From NCBI GenBank assembly GCA_043228905.1, contig JBHGNT010000003.1, forward strand, positions 18,104,001 to 18,168,000: a DNA stretch of 64,000 bases, given 5' to 3'. The DNA comes from Azolla caroliniana (Eukaryota; Plantae; Polypodiophyta). Under the pieces are notes generated by a model that saw nothing but the letters and a program-made list of their open reading frames with translations, was not told the origin of the DNA and searched no databases. Below are positions 25,183 to 35,626 of this stretch, piece by piece (position 1 is the first letter of the stretch; each line of letters starts with the position of its first letter). The translations under genes and the position numbers were made by a program.

Positions 25183-25628
25183 AAGATAAAGGAGGCGCAG
25201 ATGAGGAACAAATGACGGTTTGACTGGATGCGCTGACTGCGACCGAAGAATATTGAAGAAGGCGATTAGGTGTTGGTCTATGACAACAGCCTCGACAACC
25301 AGCACCGGTCTACACGGAAGTTCATGAGACGGTGGCTCGGGCCGTATGTGGTGACGATCTCCAATGACAATGCCACATACCACCTTGCTGAGCTCGACGG
25401 GACGAGGATAGTGGTACCGATTGCGGGGAAGCGGATAAAGGCCTTCAAGAAGCGGCACGAGGCGGAACCAAATCCGGAGGTGGAGAACGAGGACGCCAAC
25501 GAAGACGGGCAATCAAACGAGGACTCGATTCGCCACAATTCGGAGGAAGAATAAGAATCGAACTAGAATCTCCACTACTACACTAATTGGCACATGTCGG
25601 AGGATGTGTGGTTTGGTGCCCGAATGGA

Positions 25629-26397
25629 TGTCATGGAGGATTCCGGCCATAATGGGAAAACTCGTCGATCGTGTGTGAACAAGGGCGTGCATGGATGCAC
25701 ATAAAAAGGGATATTGTATTGTAAATAACCTAAGACTAATAAGTACAAGGTAGGGACTATTTAATAGGTACTTTATGATCCCTCGAAAGGAGGGGATTAA
25801 AAAGTGTGCAAAAACATAAAATCAGTGGGGGAATCACTGACAGAAACGGTTGTCTTTAGTACTGATGTAACGGCCTCTCCTTGTGCTATAAAAGGAGAGG
25901 ACGGAGATTGAGACTGGGATCCATCGTTGGGAGGATAAGACATCGCCGGTTTGCATTGTCTATTGTTTAGGCTTTCTGTTATGTGCAAATTCGGATAGTT
26001 AGGGCGAGGCCTCTACTTGCGTAGGACGCTTGTGTGTTCCCGACCGGAGGCTCACTAGTCTGTGTGTGTGTGGAGCTCGAAGCTCTACCTCCAGCCCGAG
26101 GCTGGTTGTATTCTGTTCTGTCCTAATTTATTACTGGTTTGTTGTATATGCTCAACCTCTCTGTGTTGTGTCAGCATTCCTCTCTCTGTTCTCTGTGCGT
26201 GGAGAGGTGTTGCTTCTCCCTCCCGTGTTCTGCGCATTTCTATTCGAGTTTGTGAGCCCATGTGCTCTGTTAAGATATCCCGCAGTTGAGCCAGATAGTG
26301 ATTGTAAGCTTTGTTGTCCCTCTCTCACTCCAACTCCTTAGTTCAAGGCCCTGGTGGTCCTGCCCAATCCGACACGTACACGAGGACATCCGCAACA
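25629..26397 (+). repeat. Probable 3' LTR of the Gypsy element (~769 bp)
   Basis: TGTCATGGA...TCCGCAACA becomes a perfect TGTCGCGGA/TCCGCGACA inverted pair if CpG deaminations are reversed. TATAAAA at ~25887 is followed by a CT/GT-rich U5-like tract. There is no second LTR to confirm it. Confidence 0.55.
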
Positions 26398-29300
26398 ACG
26401 CGCCATCAGTTGAGCACAACCCGCACTGTCTGTGGCCGCGATTCCCTCGCCATACCTATTTATGATTTGGTAAAGGGTAGACACAAGCATTTATATATTT
26501 GTATGTATATGTATGTATGTATGTTCGTGTCTATCTACTACCAAATCATAATGAGGCATGGCGATAGAATAGCGGCCTAAGGACGGTGTTGGAGTGCGTA
26601 GTCGAGGGCCCGTGCAATTTGCACCGTTAGATCTTTATCTAGAAAAGCACAACGCTGACACAAGAGCCCGACTCTAACAACCTCTTTCGCACCAATTTGT
26701 CTTCCGGTGTGGGATTTGGAAGCATTTGTGGAGTTTGTCAATAAGTTCTTGCGAAATGTCGGCCATCGCTCACTCCTCTTTCGCACCAATTTGTTGCTTC
26801 CAACTTATGGATCATGTGCCTACCTCGTTGCTTGGTTTCAGTGCACCTAAATCGAACACCTTTTTCCTCCATTCGGCCATTTCTTGCAAACAATCCTCAA
26901 TGCAACCCTGTCAAAGGATCATAACCCTTGGCAAAGCCATTGAATAGCTTCCTCAATCACTTATAATTGAGACTTCCATGATTCCATGTCTACTCATTTT
27001 GCTTCTATGTCAACGGCTAGTTTTGCCTCTATCTCCATTTTTGTTTCTCTGATATCATCTAGTCACATTTGGGCCACATGATCAATAAATGGTAATGACC
27101 CACGTAGGGATGTGTTGAGCGGCAAGCTCAATTGGAGCCGGATCGGCTGGATAAGCCTGAGTTGGTGAGCGAGACGGATCGGTGAGCAAAAGAGCCAATG
27201 AGCTGGGGAGCCGGTTAGCCGGATCCATCAGTAATCGGAAGCCTAATAGCAGCTAGACTACTAGGGAGTTATTACTCTCGTAGTTAGTGTTAGACGCTCG
27301 AGTGAGCATTGAAGTACACCGTACTTCTATCAGTCCGTATGGACCTGTATAAAAGTGTTCGCTGAACACATACGATGTACAGAGCATTGATATAGTTTTT
27401 TGAATAGAGATTCTTGTTCTCTCTCTCTGTCTCTCCCGCGTATTGTTAAGCTCTCCATTAAACTTGTTCTCTGTTTTCTGTTTTTATTGCTTCCGCACGC
27501 TATTTGTTTTTACATGGTATCAGAGCGTGAGGGTTGAGAACCTCTGCAGCCGACATTCGCTTTCGCAAGAAGAAAACCTAACCTTTGTAAAGAACAGAAG
27601 GGAAAAAAAAAAAAACAATGGATAGAGGAATGGCTAGCTCACTTTCGGTGGAGAAGCTCGACAGAACCAACTACGCATCTTGGTCTTACAAGATGCACCA
27701 GTACCTGCTTGGGCATGGGTACTGGGGCTATGTCGACGAAGCTAACGACACAACACCTGATGCGGCACACAAGGACTTCCCTGTGTGGGAACAATCGGCA
27801 AGCAGAGTGATGTACTGCTTTGCATCCAGTGTTGGAGACCAACTGTTGAGCCACGTCCGAGATGCCAAGACGCCGAAAGAGGCTTGGGGAAACCTGAAGA
27901 AGGTGTTCGCCGCAAGCACTACAGCTCGGAAGCTGCAACTCCGACATGAGTTGAGCAATGTCCAATAGAAGGACATGTCAATGGCTGATTACACGGCCTG
28001 AATCAAAGAGATCCGTGACTCGCTTGCCTCTATCAACGTCACGGTAGAGGAAGACGAGATGGTACAGGTTTATCTTGGGGGCCTGGCGTCTAAGTTCCGA
28101 GCTTTCCGGACAGCAGTATGTATGAGGGAGAATACGCCGTCATTTTTCAACTTACTGTTGATGATCCTTCTAGAGGAGAACCATGTCGGTGCGTCAACAA
28201 GTGCACCCACCGACAGCCGGATGTTGTACAAGGAGGCAGATCGGCCCCGCGGGCGTGGTGGACGAGGCAGGTCGGCACGCAATGGAGGCGGCCGACAAGG
28301 GCAAGACCGACGGCATAGAGACCGTGCCGAAAGCAATTCCAGGACTTCTACAAGCAGGGGGAGTCAGGGTGGAGCCGGAAGCCGGCAAGAAAAATCCGCC
28401 ACGAAATGCTGGTACTGTGGCAAAAAGGGCCACAGAGAAAGCAAGTGTTGGAAGAAGCGCGCCGATTCGGGCAGATCTGGATTCGGCAAAACCGGTCGGG
28501 AGAACCGGCAAAGCTTGCACTATGCACAAGGATCGAGAGGATCCGGAACCGGGAAGACCGGTAAGGGGCCAGCCTTGGTGATGAAACACGAGGCTAACTC
28601 GATGAAGAAGACCACTTCCAAATTGGAGGAAGTGTGGTACGTTGATTCTGGTGCGTCAAATCACATAACGAACCACAAAGAGTGGTTCTCCTTCTTGGAG
28701 AAACCGGAACAACTGGGAGTTGTCGAAACCGGAGACGGCACTCTTCACCCAATCGTGCATGTCGAAGAAGTTCCCCTGAGCCATGTTGGACAGAGGGGGA
28801 AGTTGATGAACGTATTACACGTTCTAACTATCACGAAGAACCTAGTGTAGGTCGGACAGATCGTCAACCAGGGAATGCATGTGCGGTTTACGCACCTCGG
28901 GTGCTTCATCGAGGAGGAGGGCCAGATTATCGCACAAGGGCGCAGAGATGGGAGGATGTTCATCCTCGACACCAATGACGTTGGCACCATCTTGTTCGCC
29001 AAAGAACAAAAGGTCAAATCGGACATCGACCTGTGGCACAAGCGGATCGGCCACGTCAATTACCGAATGCTTCAAGACCTGCATACGAAACAAGCGGTTT
29101 TCGGTTTGCCGAAGTTTAGTGGCCGGAAGGCCCAAGTATGTGAAGCCTGCCAACTCGGGAAGCAACACGGGCTTCCATTCCCCGCCTAACAAAACCGTAG
29201 TCGTAAAAAGCTTGACCTTATTTATTCGGATGTATGGGGACCAGCACTGAACGTGAGTCTTGGTGAGAGTCGATACTTCGTCTCCTTCATCGACGACTAT

Positions 29301-30678
29301 AGCCGGCACACATGGATCTACCTCATTGAGTGGAAGAGCGAAGTCTTCGACTGTTTCCAGAACCTCTAGAGCATGGTGGAATGGGAATCGAATAGGAAGA
29401 TCAAGTGCCTGCGGTCAGATGGCGGAAAAGAATACTTTTCCGGCCAATTCAACAGTTATCTACAGCAAACAGGAATTCGTAGAGAGTTCAGCTGCAGATA
29501 CACACCGGAGCAAAATGGTGTGGACGAAAGGAAGAACCGGTTGCTTGTCGACGCGGCAAGGGCAATGCTGGAAGAGAAGAGCATGCCCCATTTCTTCTAC
29601 TGGGCGGAGGCGGTCCGGACGGCCGTCTACATCCAAAACCGGATCGGTGATAAGGTGTCCGCGCATGAGCTGTATTTCAAGCGCAAGCCGAATTTGAGAC
29701 ACCTTCGGATTTTCGGCACCATAGCATATGTGCATGTGCCAGATGAGAAGCGGAGGAAGCTAGATGCAAAATCGAAGAAGTGCATCCTCGTCGGCTACTC
29801 ACATGAGCAAAAGGGGTATAAGTGTTATTACCCTCAGACGAAGCAGGTTCGAGTTAGCCGCGATGTTGAATTTGATGAGACGGCATCATGGTATGCCTTA
29901 CCAGCTCCGACCTCTGACCCTGACCCCATACCAGAGGATGAGGCTAGTGAGCCTGAACCGGTCCAGTTAGAAGATGATGAATCCAGGACTCAAGAAGAGA
30001 GTCCGGAATCATTTCGGTTGAGTGGGCCAAACGAGAGACTGGGTCAATCCGACCAGTCAGAAAAAGAACCGGCGGGTTGTGAAGACTCAGTCGTGCTCTC
30101 CCCGCGCAAGGAACCAAGGAGACAGTTCATGTGCAAAGAGAAGGGGAAGAAGAAGATGTCGGATTATGGAACTGGTATTGATGAGTCGGATCAGAGTGGA
30201 TCCGACTCCGGAAAGGAAAATGATGGTTCTTCGGCACCGAAGACCGAACCGGCCAAGAAGGGCCTCAAACCGGGTAATGGTGGGTTACGCCGGTCAACCC
30301 GCCAAGAAGGAACCTGTTAAGCGGTACGGGTACAATGAGTACATGGCGCATCATTATGCGTACATGACCAAGGTAGCGGAAGTGCGTGAGCCAGAGAGCT
30401 ACGCAGAAGCGGCAAAGGACGCACATTGGCGTGCCGCTATGGAAGAAGAGATGTAGGCACTTGATGCCAACGATACATAGGACCTGGTTGACCCTCCCCG
30501 TCACAGTAAACCGATCGGATGCAAGTGGGTGTACAAGGTAAAGTACAATGGTACAAGGCCCGGTTAGTGGCGAAGGGATACGCACAAACCCATGGAATCG
30601 ACTACGACGAGACCTTCACTCCGGTAGCAAAGATGACGACGGTTTGTGTGGTGTTGGCGGTCGCAGCGGCAAGAGGGT

Positions 30679-33600
30679 TGTTGGGATTTCGGTCCCTTTC
30701 GGATGGGATGGTCGGATATCGGAGATGAATGCCGACGAGCCCGGTTTCGGTTTCGGATCCGGATGACGAAGACCCCGGTTTCGGTGCCGGATGACGAATG
30801 TACCCGGAGAGCGATCCGGATGCAGGGACATATCCGTGAATATGTTCGCTATGGGCCCCTGAGGCTATAGTTGTAAATAGCCCAAAGTCATATAAGTATA
30901 AATATGACTTAGGGCAAACAGTTTTACTGTTGCTTCTCATTTTTCTGTTTTTCCACTTTAGAGGAGTGAAGAGAGAGCAGCCGTGAGAGAGATAGAGCGC
31001 GAGAGAGGAAGAGGTAGACGCCTCTGTGTATTTCCGCCGCCTGTGGCGAGGACAGCGAGCTCAAGGTCGTCGCCTTGCAGCTCGCCATTGTATACTTCTC
31101 TGTATAGTGTTGGTTTGGAGTCTTGTACTCCCGTGGTTTTTCCCGTCTAGGGTTTTCCACGTTAATCCCTGTGTACTCGCGTTTTGTTTCTCCGTGTGGT
31201 TCCTATTTTCTGCTCCATCGATTCGCGCTTACTCGGTTGTGGCCGAGCGAAGAAGGTGAATAGAAGGGCCTATTCCTTACAAACTGGTATCAGAGCGACT
31301 GTTGCAGAAAATGGAAGGCGGCGGCAGCGGGCAGCCGGGGATGATGGTGCTGAATGCACAGAATTACGCCGACTGGAAGATCAAGATGGAGGATCTTCTG
31401 ATTGTTCGGGACCTGTACGAACCGATTGACAGGTCGGAAATACCGAAGGGGGTACTTGAGTCGGAGTGGAAGCTCCTGAACCGGAAAGCCGTAGCGACGA
31501 TCCGACAATATGTCAATGTAAGCGTCCTACAACATGTGGCGAACGACACCAACGCATATGAGATGTGGAAGAAGCTGTCGGGCCTCTACAAGAGGAAGAA
31601 TGCGTTGAACCGGACCTCCCTGATGAGGAAGATAGTGAACCTCAAGTACCGGGACGGCGAGAGTATGGTTGAACACGTAAGCACGTTCATGGGATTCGTG
31701 AACCAGCTTGCGGCGATTAAGTTCCCGTTGGAGGATGCAATGCAAGCCATCATCCTGATGTGTACATTGCCAGAAAGCTGGGAGAACTTGGTGGTGACTC
31801 TCAGCACCTCCTGCACCGAAGATAACTTGTCCTTACAAACGGTAAAGACAAGTATTTTGAACGAAGAAGCGCGTCGGAGAGATAAAGAACCGGCCTCCGA
31901 CTCGAAGGCGCTGCTTACCGAATCGGATCGGGGAAGACAATGGAACCGGAGTCCGCAAAGACGGGAGAAGTCGGGGACCCGGTCGCAGTCAAGAGGAAGG
32001 CCCACATGCTTCCACTGTGGGAAGCCGGGGCACTTCCGAAAGAATTGTCGGCATTACCGAAAAGACAATGGAACCGACAACACCGATTCGAAGAAGTCAC
32101 CGGAGAGAAACGGTGCATACCGGGGAGCCACGGACCGGAATGGTTCGGATCGGCGAGGACAGGACCGGAAAGGAACGACGGCACTCGCGGCAAGTGAAGA
32201 GGAGATCATGCTCATCACCGAAGAAGGTGAACTAAACATTGCCGGTGATGAGACGACCTGGGTGGTCGATTCCGGAGCATCGTTCCACCTGACCCCGGAG
32301 AGAAGATACTTCTCATCCTACACAGCCGGCGAGCATGGCTGTGTTCGGATGGGAAACGAAGGTACGTGCCGGATTGCCGGCATAGGAGACGTGTGGTTGA
32401 CAACCCCGACCGGATGCAAAATGCTACTGAAGAATGTCCGACACGTTCCGGAGGTCCGACTGAACCTGATTTCGGCCGGGAGGCTAGATGATGAAGGCTA
32501 CACGGGTAGCATCCGGAACGGTGTCATGAAGTTCAGCAAGGGGAGCTTGATAGTGGCTCGGGCCCGGAAGGTCAACACACTGTACCTGATGAATGCCCGG
32601 TTATGTCCGGAAGAGCTGAATGTGGCAGCCGACACTGCTGGTGAGCTGTGGCACAAAAGACTGTGCCACATGAGTGAGAAGGGGATGAAGAGGCTTGCAG
32701 AAGACAACCTTATTCCGGTGAAGCATGTGCACCTGGAGAAGTGCACCGACTGCCTGGCCGGTAAGCAGAACCGAACCTCCTTCCACTCAAGACCACCGAC
32801 GAGACGTAGCGCACCATTGGAGTTGGTGCACACCGACGTGTGTCAGGTAGAAACGAAGTCACATGGCGGAGCCCAGTACTTCGTAACTTTCATAGATGAT
32901 CACAGCCGAAGACTGTGGACGGCACCGTTGAAGACAAAGGACCAAGTGTTGTGCGTCTTCAAAGAACTCCACGCGAGAGTGGAAAGGGAATCCGGCAAGA
33001 AGCTGAAAGCGATACGAGCGGATAACGGAGGGGAATACCGGGGGCAGTTCGCGGAGTACTGTCGCTCGAAGGGAATCCGGCTCGAGTTTCCCGGTCGACA
33101 AGAAGATATTCAGGAGTCGAGATATCGTCTTTATGGAGGACAAGACACTCGCCGACTGGGAGTCGGAGAAGAAGATGAAGAGCTCCAAGTCGACCGGTGA
33201 GGATAAACTCTACGAGGAGCAGTCCCGACCGGCAAGGGACCGGTTAGCACTCGAGGACCCGGCCGAAGACGGTGAAGAAACAGAACCGGCCGAAGAAGAT
33301 GAAAATGATACCGGAACCGGCCCCGATCCCGAAATGGATTCGGATGAAGAAGAAGAATCGGAAGAACCGGTTACCGAAGCTCCGAAACGGAGATACCCTC
33401 AAAGAGAGAGAAGGGCCCCCCGGAGATTTCCGGAACCAGAGCACGTGTTGCTAACCGACGAGGGGGAGCCGGAGAGCTTTGAGGAAGCGAAGCATGACAC
33501 CCAGAGCCGCAGGTGGTTGAGTGCCATGCAGGACGAGATGGATTCCCTGCATGAGAACCACACATATGAACTTGTGGAGTTGCCGAAAGGAAAGCGGGCA

Positions 33601-35626
33601 CTTCGAAACAAGTGGGTGTTCAAGCTGAAACCGGGAGATGCCGGAAAACCCCCGAGATACAAAGCCAGGATCGTGGTGAAGGGGTTTCAGCAGAAGAAGG
33701 GTGTCGACTTCGACGAGATATTTGCCCCGGTAGTGAAGATGACCTCCATCCGGACGGTGCTGAGCATAGCGGCAAGCATGGACCTCGAGGTAGAACAGAT
33801 GGACGTGAAGACGGCATTCCTTCACGGCGACCTCGATGAAGAGATCTACATGCAGCAACCGGAAGGATTCAAGAAGAAAGGGAAGGAGCACCTGGTATGC
33901 CGGTTGAAGAAGAGCCTTTACGGACTGAAGCAGGCTCCCCGGCAATGGTACCGGAAGTTCGACTCCTTCATGACCGACGAAGGGTACCTCAAAACGCAGT
34001 CCGACCACTGCGTGTTTGTGAAGAAGTTTGAAGGAGGAGACTCTCTAATACTCCTCCTGTACGTGGACGACATGTTGATCGTCGGACGGGACCAGGTCAA
34101 GATACGGATGCTGAAGAAGGCCCTTCACCGAACCTTCTCAATGAAGGACCTGGGTCCGGCGAGGCAAATACTAGGGATGCACATCATCCGGGACCGGAAG
34201 AAGAAGCAGTTGTGGCTGTCACAGGAGAAGTACGTGACGAAGGTGCTTCACCGGTTCAACATGTCGGAAGCAAGACCGGTCGGATCGACCCTCCCGACAA
34301 ACTGCAAGCTGTCCAGCAAGCAAAGTCCCAAGACAAAGGCTGAAAAGGAGGATATGATGAAAGTACCGTATGCCTCAGCCGTCGGGAGCTTGATGTACGC
34401 CATGGTGTGTACGAGACCGGACATCGGATATGCAGTCGGAGTGGTGAGCCGGTACATGAGCAATCCCGGCAAAGAGCATTGGAACGCGGTCAAGTGGATA
34501 CTCCGATACCTGAAGGGCACAGCGAATGTGTGCCTCCGATTCGGCTCCGGTAAACCCGAACTCGACGGTTTCACCGATTCGGATATGTCGGCTGATGCAG
34601 ATACCAGCCGGTCCACATCAGGGTATGTGATGACGTATGCAGGGGGAGCTGTTTCATGGCAGTCGAGGCTGCAGAAGACGGTTGCGTTGTCAACCACGGA
34701 GGCGGAGTACATGGCGGCTGTTGAAGCCGGCAAGGAAATAATATGGATGAAGGACTTCATTAGAGAGCTCGGTATCCGGCAGGAGGAGTACCGACTCTAC
34801 TGCGACAGTCAGAGTGCAATCCACCTTGCAAAGAACGCGGCCTATCACTCCCGGACGAAGCACATCCAGCGAAGATATCACTGGATCCGGGAAAGGATAG
34901 AAGACAAGGAGTTCGTGCTGACGAAGATCCACACGGACGAGAACGGGTCGGATATGCTGACCAAGGTGCTCACACCCGACAAGCTGGAAGCATGCCGGAA
35001 GAGGATCGGATTGGAGAGACATCCCATGCCGAAGTGAAGGGGGAGTTTGTTGGGATTTCGGTCCCTTTCGGATGGGATGGTCGGATATCGGAGATGACTG
35101 CCGACGAGCCCGGTTTCGGTTTCGGATCCGGATGACGAAGACCCCGGTTTCGGTGCCGGATGACGAATGTACCCGGAGAGCGATCCGGATGCAGGGACAT
35201 ATCCGTGAATATGTTCGCTATGGGCCCCTGAGGCTATAGTTGTAAATAGCCCAAAGTCATATAAGTATAAATATGACTTAGGGCAAACAGTTTTACTGTT
35301 GCTTCTCATTTTTCTGTTTTTCCACTTTAGAGGAGTGAAGAGAGAGCAGCCGTGAGAGAGATAGAGCGCGAGAGAGGAAGAGGTAGACGCCTCTGTGTAT
35401 TTCCGCCGCCTGTGGCGAGGACAGCGAGCTCAAGGTCGTCGCCTTGCAGCTCGCCATTGTATACTTCTCTGTATAGTGTTGGTTTGGAGTCTTGTACTCC
35501 CGTGGTTTTTCCCGTCTAGGGTTTTCCACGTTAATCCCTGTGTACTCGCGTTTTGTTTCTCCGTGTGGTTCCTATTTTCTGCTCCATCGATTCGCGCTTA
35601 CTCGGTTGTGGCCGAGCGAAGAAGGT
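30679..35626 (+). mobile_element. Young Tork-like Copia element C: 5' LTR 30679-31281, PBS 31285-31296, PPT ~35035-35045, 3' LTR 35048-35626 (last 24 bp missing)
   Basis: The LTRs differ at one site over 579 bp (GATGAATG vs GATGACTG). CA-AAC-TGGTATCAGAGC junction. Flanked by a 38-bp duplication of B sequence. Confidence 0.96.
31311..35037 (+). pseudogene. Element C gag-pol: two stop-free ORFs (31311-33200, 33133-35037) separated by a frameshifting deletion in integrase
   Basis: CFHCGKPGHFRKNC, WVVDSGASFH, LWHKRLCH, HTDVC, RADNGGEY, then a jump from GIRLEF to PVDKKIFRSRDIVFME at 33089/33090. RT LYVDD and RNase H (SDMLTK) are intact. Confidence 0.93.

Larger units (their letters stand above)
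15990..26397 (+). mobile_element. Degenerate Ty3/Gypsy element (PR-RT-RH-INT, no chromodomain seen), 5'-deleted, interrupted by Copia A
   Basis: Protease ALIDHGSEINLM (~16050); RT (GILEPSSAPY, WFIVPKKN, FAGRSIYS.DLYS.YDQ, FLDDI at ~17527); RNase H; integrase (TTAYNPEANG; RWLGPYVV after the insertion). Domain order is Gypsy-type; many stops. Confidence 0.9.

Noticed and set aside
25595-26374. Alternative Gypsy LTR limits TGTCGGA..TCCGACA
   Set aside because: 25629-26397 gives a longer restored inverted pair and matches the terminus seen at 57. The alternative is not fully excluded.
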